A DNA stretch of 64,000 nucleotides from Clostridium sp. CAG:343 (GCA_000431335.1 FR888054.1:96307-160306); one strand, 5' to 3'; counted from the first letter of the stretch, positions 50,101 to 60,246 are shown. Notes: generated by a model not told the origin, from the sequence alone. Made by a program: numbers and translations.

Positions 50101-52974
50101 ATCTTGATTTATATCTCCTGCTATAGCCTCATTCTTTACATTCGTCGCACTATCTGTTTTGGCAGATTTTACTAATATATATCCATTTCCTTCCATATAC
50201 TTTTCTACTAAAGTATTTATATTGTCTGTTTCTGTTCCGCTTTCACTATCCCTACCAGCATTTGAAATTGTTACAGTATCTCCACTTATACTTAAAAGAA
50301 CTAACCAATGACCTATTGTAGTATATTTAGAATCAGGCCCTGGACTAACTCCAACAAGCACAGGCATACCTTTTTCTAAATTATTCCTTATATTTTTAAT
50401 AGTAGTTTCTGTTGAAGTATTATATTTTAGTTCAACTGTTACTCCAAAATTTTCAAAAGCTGTTTTTAATGATGAAGGGGACGTTCCCTCTTTTATACTA
50501 TTAGCTACATCTCCTGGATTTTTATCTATTCCTAATCCACTAAGTACAATTGCAACAGATGTTGGTCCACACCCATACTGATGTATTGTACCTCCCCAAT
50601 ATGATTTTTCAGCATATGAACCTCTAAACTGCTTATAATTTTTATAATTCTTATCTCCAACTTTTGTTAACCAAGTATATCCATCTCCTGTTTCTGAATA
50701 AGTTGAAATATCTACAGCACTTGCGAAATATAACTTATTTGCTTCACTATTTCCGTAATATAAATAAATTCCATTTGAAGATTTATTACTTTCATCTATA
50801 ATAATGTCATCTCCCAAGTTTCCTGACAAATTTTTATAATTCTTTATCTCTATTGGTATACATTTATCTACATAACCAAATGCATTAGCTGTTTGTAGTA
50901 TATAATTTGAATCTAAATATGCATAATAATGATATATTTCACTTTTATCTTTTTTATTTTTATTTTTTAATCTAGCAAAAGTCGTTTTGTGTCCACATAC
51001 ATATATTTCTGGATTATTTCCAAGTTTCTCTTCTGTTGTTAAATCTATTACTATTTTTTGATTTTGGTATATTGTCATTTTTTGTTTATCAGATGACAAT
51101 TTTCCTCCTGTTATATTTATTTCACTTATTTCAGGATAACTACTATCGAAATAAACTTTATTTTTTATAGTATAACTTGTAGCATTTCCCCATTTATCTG
51201 ATAGTCCATATATTTCTATTACATAATCTCCATATAAAGTCCCTGTTCCAAATTTATCTGTTATTGGAATTTCTATAGAGAAATTGGTTTTATTTCCTAC
51301 ATTTATTGTACCAGTTTTTAAATCTGTTCCATTAATTTTTATTCCACTATATTTTGAAACTTCTTCATGTGCTTTAAGATTTAATATCAATTTGTCTCCT
51401 ACTTTTACTGCACATTTATCTTTATCATAAATCTTGCCATCTTTCTTTATTTGTAAACTTTGTATTTTAGGTGGCGTTGTATCTGTTTTAATTTTTTTCT
51501 TTGATATTCTAATATTGCCTGCTAAATCCTCAACTTCGATATTATATGTTCCAGATTTTGTAACTTCATATGTTACAGGATATGCACAATAGTAATTTTT
51601 ATTATTACATTTATAAATATCACTTCCATTTACTGATATCCTTTTTATAGCCACATTATCTTTAGCACATATCATTAAGTACTTTATGTTTTTTCCTAAT
51701 TCACTTTTGCAACTAGCAGTAATCGTTGGACGATTTGTATCAATTCCTTTAACCTCTTGAGAAAAAGCAATAGTATTTAGTCCTGGATATATTACTTTTA
51801 TATTATAAGTTCCATTTTTTGTTACTAAATATTTTACTGTATTATACCCTACATATTTTCCATTTACATAAATTTTAGCATTGTTGCAATCAACATTTAA
51901 ACCATTACTTGGCCAAATATTTATATATTTCTTTTTTGCCCAACCATTAGTAACACTCGAATTATATCTTAAAGACATTTGATAATAATTGTTGCTATTA
52001 TTATTGTTGTTGTTATTATTGTTGTTATTATTATTTGGATTAGTACTTGCTTTGGTTCCTGACCAATTAAACATTACATATGATCCTTTAAATGGTGAAC
52101 TTGACGTACCTGGTATTCGAACCATTGCTTTTTCTTTTTCTTTTCCTTTACTTTTAACTGTAACTTTTTTTCCAGATATCTTGACAATATTCTCCTTATA
52201 ATAAGTAGGTGCTACTATATTACCATATGATTTCACAAAGATATCTGGCAATGTACTATTTCCTGTATTTCCACTTTTTATTGTTCCTAAATATTTAGTT
52301 ATTATTTGGTGTTGTAAATTATATCTAGCATCATGTACAATACCATCATTTATGCTTTCAATATTATTTTTACTTAAATCTATATATGTAATATTTTTTA
52401 AAGCTTTCCTTCCAGAAGAGGTCATAAACCCACTTGTTCCAGATATTTTACAATTAGAAAAATTTAATCTTCTTAAATTCGGCCATTTTGAAAAATCAGG
52501 TAATGTAGTTATTCCTCCTATATTTAATCCTGAAAAATTAAACTCTGTTTCTTTTTTACATGTAGCTGAACTAAAATATCTACTTGGTACTTCAATATAA
52601 TATCCTCCTGATATTTTATGTAATGCCTTTCTATTATTTCTTTCTAATGATGCCTCTACTGGATTCATATTTTTTTGTTCATCCCACGTTAACCATATTT
52701 CATCGGATATCTTATTAATAATATATTTTAATATTACATCACTAGAGCTAGTTATTCTAACAGAACTATATTTAGCCAATTTTTTCTCAATTGGATTAAT
52801 TGCTATTTGAGTAATACTAGTTTTATCTTCTTCATACTTAGCATCTTTTATCTTATTTGTTATACATACTAGTCCAATTATTACTTCTGCCACCAAAATA
52901 ATAAATAAAAAATTTAATACTTTTAAAAATTTCATAATTTTCATAATAATATCCCCTTTAATGTTATTAATCAC
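47143..52974 (-). CDS. giant cell-wall-anchored surface protein (1943 aa): signal/TM, LRR, polyAsn tract, Ig-like repeats, C39-like cysteine peptidase, dockerin-like repeats, LPxTG-type sorting signal
   Basis: LRR-like L..L.LS.N.I. A run of N x22. QYGCGPTSVAIVL...GHWLV is C39_2-like. Two pairs of dockerin/EF-hand-like D.N.DG.I...D. The C-terminal sorting signal is LPYTG followed by a hydrophobic segment and RKKHYIK. Confidence 0.7.
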   Translation of the reverse strand: MINNIKGDIIMKIMKFLKVLNFLFIILVAEVIIGLVCITNKIKDAKYEEDKTSITQIAINPIEKKLAKYSSVRITSSSDVILKYIINKISDEIWLTWDEQKNMNPVEASLERNNRKALHKISGGYYIEVPSRYFSSATCKKETEFNFSGLNIGGITTLPDFSKWPNLRRLNFSNCKISGTSGFMTSSGRKALKNITYIDLSKNNIESINDGIVHDARYNLQHQIITKYLGTIKSGNTGNSTLPDIFVKSYGNIVAPTYYKENIVKISGKKVTVKSKGKEKEKAMVRIPGTSSSPFKGSYVMFNWSGTKASTNPNNNNNNNNNNNNNSNNYYQMSLRYNSSVTNGWAKKKYINIWPSNGLNVDCNNAKIYVNGKYVGYNTVKYLVTKNGTYNIKVIYPGLNTIAFSQEVKGIDTNRPTITASCKSELGKNIKYLMICAKDNVAIKRISVNGSDIYKCNNKNYYCAYPVTYEVTKSGTYNIEVEDLAGNIRISKKKIKTDTTPPKIQSLQIKKDGKIYDKDKCAVKVGDKLILNLKAHEEVSKYSGIKINGTDLKTGTINVGNKTNFSIEIPITDKFGTGTLYGDYVIEIYGLSDKWGNATSYTIKNKVYFDSSYPEISEINITGGKLSSDKQKMTIYQNQKIVIDLTTEEKLGNNPEIYVCGHKTTFARLKNKNKKDKSEIYHYYAYLDSNYILQTANAFGYVDKCIPIEIKNYKNLSGNLGDDIIIDESNKSSNGIYLYYGNSEANKLYFASAVDISTYSETGDGYTWLTKVGDKNYKNYKQFRGSYAEKSYWGGTIHQYGCGPTSVAIVLSGLGIDKNPGDVANSIKEGTSPSSLKTAFENFGVTVELKYNTSTETTIKNIRNNLEKGMPVLVGVSPGPDSKYTTIGHWLVLLSISGDTVTISNAGRDSESGTETDNINTLVEKYMEGNGYILVKSAKTDSATNVKNEAIAGDINQDGYINEYDYLLLQRYLSKLQELTDDQKKYANVDGNDTIDANDLTALKVIINKRVNSLQIGSSETFKVYDDKNKLVSIDNLKLSVTEGEELVNVTKSQDGISIKSKNELSALNGSVVIKVTYLNENNEEEKVGEIKLKIIDKNNITTGFEVITAKKVNKNILGDVNKDGFITEVDSFEVQRAIVNLVQFTEEEKERGDINRDGSLNVVDATGIQKMSFNNYNRMYKNDVFTLKFKSLKDDDYEDFKDESIQNKIRWYAEGQADMVTITQNNDGSANIKVNENAVTGSKIVICCSMLDENSEDNKYKTARFNIEIIDKAYVELSENTINYDLSNLPDKYTYLKVNTNLDNKDAEWKSSDENIVKLKEDSYGNVEVIPVKEGTAKVTVTIDGISDGCDVKVEKSITKIYTSKQDITLKESLEDEEYIIANSVSKLLKSSANSQDIEGEIDATEEPIITSSDEDIARMYKDEETGAYKILAISEGKATIEISSPTNEDVKETIKVNVKPLNIPTIQKVTIDQDEGQQEYKQGEKISIKIAFSEEVKGNVPELQLEFGNNSSVKNPEFIRFEDNNTAIRYEYEVQEGDNGILKIVGLNDGNLTDDTGKMDTILTVNNEEEEDFTIEETEENIDIENEKMEVLSNDESEDESKELSEEYISSNTKAFVGDDVTEQDEMSDELTGNLETVPNGINLLVGEVVADTTAPEITVVPEIEKDSYYLNKGDIVKVNITSNEDLAELPTVTMGGQVATVEGSGKEYTASLEINDKIKEGYLEIQVSGCRDLSGNEANLTVMNEENMDEPIVIDYSKSTIKAIYVMAEEGKNYKAGDKVKIKVVFEDENMKNRNEYIAAEEVPVLNIKFGRNKAEGNLESDYTVGEYVNSIIYTYTISEKDIGKMTINNITENIEDAAGNKTDLSKINISNVVTGQINEIVKENESNSNSNKNEGVLEKLPFKLPYTGSVAFWIIIASVGVGATIAGVSYIVRKKHYIK
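51985..52040. repeat. AAT/AAC trinucleotide tract (minus strand) encoding the polyAsn run
   Basis: About 55 bp of (att/gtt)n on the plus strand. This is a simple-sequence repeat prone to in-frame length variation. Confidence 0.5.
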
Positions 52975-53147
52975 TAATTTAAATTTACTACATTATTATT
53001 TTAGTTTCAATAGTAGCTATTTCTTAGTTCAAGAATGTTACAATGCATTACTAGAAAACTACTTGCGGATATTTAAAATATAAACACCACATTCTTTAAT
53101 ATTTTATTTTTATTACAATTTGATTACATGCCATTTTATTTACTATT

Positions 53148-53852
53148 TTATACTGTAATTAGTTCCTTTATCTTATTAAATTTATTTTCTCCAATGCCAT
53201 TTACCTGTTTTATATCTTCTATTAATTTAAACTTTCCTTTCTTCTTTCTGTATTCTATTATTTTTAAAGCTGTTGATTCTCCAATTCCAGGTAAAGTTTC
53301 TAAATCCGTTTTAGTAGCTGTATTTATATTTATCTTTAACTTTTTATTATTATTACTTTTTATCTCATTACTTTGTTCTACTGTTCCAGAATCTATATTA
53401 CTTTCTACAATTATAGTTGACTCTTTTTCTTCTTTACTTGGTATATGAATTTTCATCCCATCTTCTATTATATATGCTAAATTTATATTTGTAATATCTG
53501 CTTCATCTTTTAATCCCCCAGCTTTATCTATAGCATCTATAATTCTGGAATTATTTTTCAATTCTACAATTCCCTCTTTATTTACGGCTCCGCTAACATG
53601 AACAATTGTATTTTCGTTTTTTTCTAGTTGTTGTTCATTAGAATTATTTTCAATTTGATCATTTGTTTTAATCTCTTCTTTTATTTCTAAATTTTGTTCT
53701 TGATTGTTTAACCACTCTTCTTTTCTATCAAAAATAAAATAGTAACTAATTATTGCAACAATTGCTACAATTACTATTAATAGAATTTTATTTTTTTTAT
53801 TGAAATCATTTATTCTTATATGTATCTCTCCTTCCTCAGAATAATTTAGCAA
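53148..53852 (-). CDS. comEA: competence protein ComEA (TM anchor, SLBB domain, tandem helix-hairpin-helix)
   Basis: C-terminal LETLPGIGESTALKIIEYR...VNGIGENKFNKIK HhH pair, and an upstream SLBB-like VHVSGAV...G. Confidence 0.75.
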   Translation of the reverse strand: MLNYSEEGEIHIRINDFNKKNKILLIVIVAIVAIISYYFIFDRKEEWLNNQEQNLEIKEEIKTNDQIENNSNEQQLEKNENTIVHVSGAVNKEGIVELKNNSRIIDAIDKAGGLKDEADITNINLAYIIEDGMKIHIPSKEEKESTIIVESNIDSGTVEQSNEIKSNNNKKLKININTATKTDLETLPGIGESTALKIIEYRKKKGKFKLIEDIKQVNGIGENKFNKIKELITV

Positions 53853-54055
53853 ACCATATAATTTATATTAATCTTATATTTTTTCTTTGGTTTTTTTATA
53901 TAATCACCACATTATGTGCTTTATAACTAATATTTATTAATTTGAATTTTAGTAAGAATTTTACTTGAAATAAATTTGATTGAATTAAATTTATTATAGA
54001 AAAGATAAGTATTTCAAATTGTTATCTTATCTTTTCTATAATAGTATATTGATTG

Positions 54056-55417
54056 TTAATAATCTTTTCCTATAATAATCGTTACATCTACTTTGCTTGA
54101 ACTTGATTGACTATTTTGTATAACCCCTGTACCTAATACTTCTTTCATGTTTTGTAATAAAGTATTGCTTACATCTTTTTTATCTATAATAGTTGTTTTA
54201 GAAGTTGAATTAGTAGTTCCAGTTCTAGTAACTTTATAACCTGCTCCTTCTAGTTCACTTACTGCCTTTTGTAGTTTTTTACTATTTCCGCTTCCATTTA
54301 ATATTTCTATTTTAATATCACTTTTTTTATTTGATGTTACTGTATTATTAATAGTACTATTCGTTGAAGTATTTGAAGTCACATTATTTGTTGTAGTTTC
54401 TGCATTTTCAGTTAACTCTTCTGTATTATCTCTATCATAAAATAATTCCTGTATTAATGCTTGTGTTGCTTTTTTATCATGTATAAATACCCATTTTCCA
54501 GATGTATTTTTATTAGTATTGATTCCTGGTAAACTAGCTGTTAATAAATCATCTGTATTAAACTCTACTGCATATGGGACATAATCTTTTGCAACTTCAA
54601 AGTCTATATTAGTTATTACATATTCTTTTGCAACTTCTAAAATTTCTCCAATTTTAAATATATTTTCTGGTTTTGCTGTTTGTTTTATAACTTGCATAAT
54701 AAATTCTCTTTGTGTTCTCATTCTTCCTGTGTCATTGTCACCATATTCCTCTGGATATGAAGTACCATCATTATTATGTCTAAACCTTACTAACTGTTCT
54801 GCTTTGTCTCCATCTAATTTTTGTTCTCCTGCTTTTAAATGAATGTGTAAATTCTGTGATGTATCATCATAATTCATATCAATTGGAACATCAAATGTAA
54901 TACCTCCAATTACATCTACTAATTTAATTAAAGCTTCTGTTTTTACTACTACATAATATTTAATATCTAAACCTGTTATTTCATTTACTGCTTCTAAAGT
55001 TTCATCTGGTCTATGTTTTCTACTATACAATGCATTTATTTTTTCATAAGCTGTTGCTTTAGCTGGGGTTTTTCCAGTATATGTATCCCTTGGAATAGAT
55101 AATAATGTAGCTTTTTGAGTATTTGGATTATAAGAAGCAACCATAATAGTATCAGTTAAATCTACATTTTCTTGATCTGTACTAATACCTAATATTAAGC
55201 ATTTAAATTCCCCTAAATTTTTCTTGGTATTTTCATCATGTCCTACCACTGTTGCTAACATTCCAGACATTCCGCCTCCATTTTTATAAACTTTATATGC
55301 AAATACACTTCCTGCTATTAATATAATAAATAACATTATAAGCAAAACTTTTTTCCATACTTTTTTCTTATTTGTTGTTCCTTTTTTTCCTCTTTTGTTA
55401 GAATTACTTTTTTTCAA
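54056..55417 (-). CDS. LCP (LytR-CpsA-Psr) family cell-envelope phosphotransferase
   Basis: N-terminal TM. LytR_cpsA_psr core DTIMVASYNP...LLSIPRDTY. Confidence 0.75.
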   Translation of the reverse strand: MKKSNSNKRGKKGTTNKKKVWKKVLLIMLFIILIAGSVFAYKVYKNGGGMSGMLATVVGHDENTKKNLGEFKCLILGISTDQENVDLTDTIMVASYNPNTQKATLLSIPRDTYTGKTPAKATAYEKINALYSRKHRPDETLEAVNEITGLDIKYYVVVKTEALIKLVDVIGGITFDVPIDMNYDDTSQNLHIHLKAGEQKLDGDKAEQLVRFRHNNDGTSYPEEYGDNDTGRMRTQREFIMQVIKQTAKPENIFKIGEILEVAKEYVITNIDFEVAKDYVPYAVEFNTDDLLTASLPGINTNKNTSGKWVFIHDKKATQALIQELFYDRDNTEELTENAETTTNNVTSNTSTNSTINNTVTSNKKSDIKIEILNGSGNSKKLQKAVSELEGAGYKVTRTGTTNSTSKTTIIDKKDVSNTLLQNMKEVLGTGVIQNSQSSSSKVDVTIIIGKDY

Positions 55418-55642
55418 AATTGCTCACTCCTAAAATTTTATGTTATAAGTATAACAAACTTATATATAAAACGCAATAATTTTACAAAAAATTCACAATA
55501 AATAAACACAGTATAATTTACATTCTTATAATCTTTACTGAATTTACTTTTTAATAGTAACATAAACTCCAACATTAACAAAAAAAGATTGAGTCGTAAC
55601 TAATACCCCAATCTCTTATTTTATAGTATTTTTTAGAAAATA

Positions 55643-56257
55643 TTATGTTTTAAAAAACACATTTAATATATTATAAGTACTCATTGTCTTTGCTAAATAC
55701 GATTCTTGCATAGCATTATCAAGTGCTCCATTTGGATTAAGTATTACTACTAATTGTATTACCATTAAAATCACATAAGTAATAATAATTCCTCTTAATA
55801 ATCCGTACAAAACTCCTCCTATTTCATTAAACTGTTTTATAATTGGAAATTTTGCTACTTGATTAGCTAACGAATTAACTAGTAATAAACAAATTTTAAT
55901 TATTATAAATAACACTATTAATGTTATTCCATATATAATATTTATCGATAAACTTTTAGATGTATCTGGTAAAAGTCCATTTTTTGCACTTTCTATAAGT
56001 TTACTTGAACTATCTTTACTATCATCATTTTTCATAAACTCTTCTATTTTGGTTTGTATCATTTGTTGTAACTTTTCATCTACTGTAGTATTATTAATTA
56101 TTATATTACCAATTGGTTTATATAATAATAATGTTACAACCATTGCAATTATAAATGCTAATATATTTATTGCCAATGAAATTAATCCCTTTTTATAGCC
56201 AAAAAACGCTGAAGCTAATATAAATAATATAATTATTATATCAATTACAATTCCCAT
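55643..56257 (-). CDS. cvpA: CvpA-family membrane protein
   Basis: N-terminus IDIIIILFILASAFFGYKKGLI plus 3-4 TM helices. Confidence 0.55.
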   Translation of the reverse strand: MGIVIDIIIILFILASAFFGYKKGLISLAINILAFIIAMVVTLLLYKPIGNIIINNTTVDEKLQQMIQTKIEEFMKNDDSKDSSSKLIESAKNGLLPDTSKSLSINIIYGITLIVLFIIIKICLLLVNSLANQVAKFPIIKQFNEIGGVLYGLLRGIIITYVILMVIQLVVILNPNGALDNAMQESYLAKTMSTYNILNVFFKT

Positions 56258-56270
56258 AATTTATCCCCTT

Positions 56271-57455
56271 TTATAAGTTTATAATTTCAATTTTATCTCT
56301 ATAGATAATTCCGGCTATACTATCTGAAACAACAATATTAGTAATTTCTTGATTTGCCACATATCTCTTTACAAGCCATCCATCTGTACTAATGAACTCT
56401 ACTTCTGTTCCTAAATTAATTGCTATAATATTTCCATATGTATATAATTCTTTAGTAACAGAACTTGCTGTATATTGCTTTATTTCATGATTTTCAATAT
56501 TCACTATATTTACTAAAGAATCTGCTGTAAATAATCCCGAAGATTTTTCTTCAATTGAACATGCTCTATTTACTAAATTTACTGATTGAAATATTACTTT
56601 TTTATTTTGATTATCTATTAGTGTTATATCTTCTCCGTTCTCTATTTGATGTATAGAGTCTGTATACATACAAACTAGCTTATTTTTATTTTGATATTTT
56701 ATATTAGTTATTAGCTTATTTTCTTCTCCCTTATATGTATTTTCTAATGAATTAGTAGGATCAGTACTTGCCTTATCTATTGATATAACTTTTATACTAG
56801 ATTGTATCATAGTACCTGATGTGTCAACTTCTGCAATTGCTAAATACTTATTATCATTTGAGATGCTAACATCTACTGCTCTTGTTGATGATAGATATGT
56901 ATTAAACAATTCTTTTCCTTGAGGATTATATGTTTTTATAACTGTTTTATAACTTGTATCTACTATTACTACTGCTACATATCCATTTTTATTAACATGT
57001 ACTTGTGAAATGTTTCCTTCCACTTCCGCTTCCCAAGCTATGTCTTTATCTGAAATTAAATAGACTTTTTTCCCTTTGTTTTCTGCTATTGCTAAAAATC
57101 TATTTGCTGAACCCCAAATAGGATTTGAAATTTGTAAATCAAGTGTCTTTTCCTGACTTCCTGTACTATTATAAATTGAAAATTTAGTTTTATTTAAAAT
57201 ACCTATATATTTATTAAAAGCATAAATATTAGAATCTTGATTCTCTTTTAAATCTATTGTTGCTACTTTATCTTGTAATACTTCTTTTCTAAATATATTT
57301 TTATCAATCCATTCTCTTGCCTTGTCATTAGTACTATATAGCCCAATTGTTATAATTGCTATTACAATAAATACTATAATTATCGTTAAAATAACTATTT
57401 TTTTCTTATTAACTTTCTTTTCCTTATTAGTTGCGTCTATCCAAATATCTTTCAT
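56271..57455 (-). CDS. membrane-anchored hypothetical protein (single N-terminal TM, beta-rich ectodomain)
   Basis: ORF with one TM helix. No recognised motif. Confidence 0.4.
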   Translation of the reverse strand: MKDIWIDATNKEKKVNKKKIVILTIIIVFIVIAIITIGLYSTNDKAREWIDKNIFRKEVLQDKVATIDLKENQDSNIYAFNKYIGILNKTKFSIYNSTGSQEKTLDLQISNPIWGSANRFLAIAENKGKKVYLISDKDIAWEAEVEGNISQVHVNKNGYVAVVIVDTSYKTVIKTYNPQGKELFNTYLSSTRAVDVSISNDNKYLAIAEVDTSGTMIQSSIKVISIDKASTDPTNSLENTYKGEENKLITNIKYQNKNKLVCMYTDSIHQIENGEDITLIDNQNKKVIFQSVNLVNRACSIEEKSSGLFTADSLVNIVNIENHEIKQYTASSVTKELYTYGNIIAINLGTEVEFISTDGWLVKRYVANQEITNIVVSDSIAGIIYRDKIEIINL

Positions 57456-57545
57456 TTTATATTTTCTCCTTGGTTTTTATTAGTTAAGTTATATCAGTTT
57501 TTCATGTTTTTTTCAAGGTTTTTACGAATTTTTTAAGTTTCAAAA

Positions 57546-58054
57546 GTTACAGTTCAGTAAGAGATGATTATGATGTCCAATCTTTGCCTCCAACTATAAC
57601 ACTTAAATTTTATTTAATGTCTTTTCATTTCATTCAAAAAGAAAATCTAATACAAGAAAATAAGGCGCTTTCACTCAAGCTCAAAATTATTATTATATGA
57701 ATTTAAACTTTTCGAATGTAATTGGAGTAATCTTAGAATTTCTTAGATAATTTAATGGAAAATGTTCGCGTCGAGCTTTAGCTCGGACTAAGTGAAAGGG
57801 TGCCATTAAATTATTTTAGAAATTCTTAGATTATGTATTGAACTGAGAAAAGTTTAAATTCATATAATAATAATTTTGCCCGTGAACATTACTCATTTTC
57901 TTGTAAAAGATTTTCTATTTTTCATTCCAATCAAACGTCATTAAATAAAATTTAAGTGTTATAGTTGGAAAATCAAACGTCATTAAATAAAATCTAAGTG
58001 TTATAGTGGGAGCCAAAGCTTGGACATCATAAGCATTTCTTACTGACCTATAAC
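57546..58054. repeat. about 510-bp near-perfect palindrome (long inverted repeat, MITE-like) in the dapF upstream region
   Basis: The arms match over about 230 bp. For example 57546..57579 aligns with the reverse complement of 58021..58054 at 30 of 34 positions. The centre is near 57782 (cgagctttagctcg). The right arm has an internal 40-bp tandem duplication. Confidence 0.6.
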
Positions 58055-58083
58055 AAAATACTAAAACTTAAAAATAAGAAAGC

Positions 58084-58112
58084 TTTACAAAAAAATATAC
58101 ATATGATAGAAT
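58084..58112 (+). promoter_or_regulatory. sigmaA-type promoter candidate for dapF (-35 TTTACA, 17-nt spacer, -10 TAGAAT)
   Basis: Hexamers at 58084..58089 and 58107..58112. An RBS AGAGGGTG precedes the ATG at 58165. Confidence 0.35.
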
Positions 58113-58164
58113 GACAACTAATAAAATATAACTATATTTTATTTAGTATTAATACCTAAAGAGG

Positions 58165-59008
58165 GTGAAGAAAATGAAAAAATTTACAAAAATGCACGGG
58201 TTAGGAAATGATTATGTCTATATGGATGCCATACACCAAAAAATAGACAATGGATCTGAACTAGCTCGTTTTGTTAGTAATAGGCACTTTGGGATTGGTT
58301 CAGATGGTTTGATTTTAATCTGTAAAAGTGATATTGCTGATTTTAAAATGAGAATGTTTAATCAAGATGGTAGTGAAGCAGAAATGTGTGGCAATGGAAT
58401 TCGTTGTGTAGGAAAGTTCGTATATGACAAAGGGTTAACTAATAAAACAACGGTAACAATTGAGACTTTAGCTGGAATAAAAACACTAAAATTTAATTTA
58501 AAAGATAAAAAAGTAGAAACAGTAAGGGTAGATATGGGAGAACCAATTTTAAATCCAGAAATGATTCCAGTTATATCAAGTGAAAATCCAGTAAAAGATT
58601 TAAAGTTAAAAGCTTTAGATAAAGAATTTATTTTTACTTGTGTATCTATGGGAAATCCGCATGCTATTACAGTAGTAAAAGACACAGAAAAATTTGATGT
58701 AGAAACTTATGGAAGAATATTGGAAGTAGACAAAGCTTTTCCAAATAAAACAAATGTTGAATTTGTTCAAATAGTAGACAAAGAACATATAAAAATGAGA
58801 GTATGGGAAAGAGGTGCAGGAGAAACTTTAGCTTGTGGAACAGGAGCATGTGCAACAGCAGTTGCCTGCCATTTAAATGGTCTTACAGATAGAAATGTAT
58901 ACATAGAATTACTTCGGAGGAACATTAAAAATAGAATGGAATAAAGAAGATAATCATATTTATATGACAGGACCAGCAGTAACAGTATTTGAGGGGGAAT
59001 TAGAATGA
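58165..59008 (+). CDS. dapF: diaminopimelate epimerase, with an apparent +1 frameshift near 58909..58915
   Basis: N-terminal [11 protein letters not shown] and catalytic Cys motifs (CGNGIRC, GTGACA). The annotated frame ends ...[12 protein letters not shown]. The +1 frame continues as [31 protein letters not shown] and ends in the ATGA overlap with dapL, matching the conserved DapF C-terminus (ELPGG.L.I.W...MTGPA). Confidence 0.75.
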
Positions 59009-60201
59009 GTTTAATAAATGAAAATTTTTTAAAATTACAAGATAGCTATTTATTTTCAACAATAGCAAAAAAAGTAGCAAAATTTACTGAAGAAAATCCA
59101 GAAAAGGAAATAATAAAACTTGGAATAGGTGATGTTACAAGGCCTATAGTTCCAGCATGTATAGAAGCTATGCATAAAGCAGTAGATGAAATAGGAACAA
59201 AAGAAGGTTTTAAAGGATATGGACCAGAGCAAGGTTATGATTTCTTAAGAGATGCAATAGTAAAAAACGATTATAAATCAAGAGGAATAGATGTAAAAAA
59301 AGATGAAATATTTGTATCAGATGGAGCAAAATGTGATTGTGGAAATATAGTAGATATTTTTGGAAAAGAAAATAAAGTAGCTATTACAGACCCTGTTTAT
59401 CCTGTATATTTAGATACAAACATTATGTCAGGAAGAGATGTTATATACTTACCTGTAACAGCTAAAAATAACTTTATGCCAGAGCTACCAAAAGAAAAAG
59501 TAGATATGATATATCTATGTTTCCCAAATAATCCAACAGGAACAGTTTTAACAAAAGAAGAATTGAAGAAGTGGGTAGACTATGCTAAAGCAAATAATTC
59601 AGTAATTTTATATGATGCTGCATACGAAGCATTCATAACAGAAGAAAAAATACCACATAGTATTTATGAAGTAGAAGGAGCAAAGGAAGTTGCAATTGAG
59701 TTCAAAAGCTACTCAAAAACAGCAGGATTTACAGGAGTTAGATGTGCATATGTAGTAATACCAAAAGAGTTAAAAGGATATACAAAAGATGGAAAAGAAA
59801 TAAGCTATAATAAGTTATGGAATAGAAGAACTTGTACAAAATTTAATGGTGTATCTTACATAGTACAAAGAGCAGCAGAAGCAACATATTCTGAAAAAGG
59901 TAAAAAAGAAATAAAAGAAAATATAAATTATTATTTGGAAAATGCTAAAATAATAAAAAAAGGTTTAGAAGAAGCAGGATTTACATGCTATGGAGGGGTT
60001 AATTCACCATATGTATGGTTGAAAGTTCCAGATGGTATGACGTCTTGGGAGTTTTTTGATGAACTATTAGAAAAAGCAAATGTTGTAGGAACTCCAGGAA
60101 GTGGATTTGGACCTCATGGAGAGGGATATTTTAGATTAACAGCTTTTGGAACGAAGGAAAATACAATTAAGGCAATTGAGAGAATAAAAAAGGTAATGTA
60201 A
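59005..60201 (+). CDS. dapL: LL-diaminopimelate aminotransferase
   Basis: N-terminus [21 protein letters not shown]. Aminotransferase class I fold with the PLP lysine region ([12 protein letters not shown]). It is translationally coupled to dapF. Confidence 0.8.
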   Translation: MSLINENFLKLQDSYLFSTIAKKVAKFTEENPEKEIIKLGIGDVTRPIVPACIEAMHKAVDEIGTKEGFKGYGPEQGYDFLRDAIVKNDYKSRGIDVKKDEIFVSDGAKCDCGNIVDIFGKENKVAITDPVYPVYLDTNIMSGRDVIYLPVTAKNNFMPELPKEKVDMIYLCFPNNPTGTVLTKEELKKWVDYAKANNSVILYDAAYEAFITEEKIPHSIYEVEGAKEVAIEFKSYSKTAGFTGVRCAYVVIPKELKGYTKDGKEISYNKLWNRRTCTKFNGVSYIVQRAAEATYSEKGKKEIKENINYYLENAKIIKKGLEEAGFTCYGGVNSPYVWLKVPDGMTSWEFFDELLEKANVVGTPGSGFGPHGEGYFRLTAFGTKENTIKAIERIKKVM

Positions 60202-60207
60202 AAAGAG

Positions 60208-60246
60208 AAGGTAGTGATTACTAAGAAAGTAGTCATTACCTTTTTA
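60208..60246. terminator. rho-independent terminator after dapL
   Basis: Imperfect hairpin ggtagtgattact...agtagtcattacc followed by TTTTT. Confidence 0.45.

Noticed and set aside
57456-58164. Lysine riboswitch (L-box) or T-box leader upstream of dapF.
   Set aside because: The region is dominated by a 510-bp palindrome. I could not find the L-box core elements (AGAGGNGC P1, GAGUA, CCGAAGG-type) or a T-box AGGGUGGNACCGCG. A true riboswitch would not be a perfect foldback.
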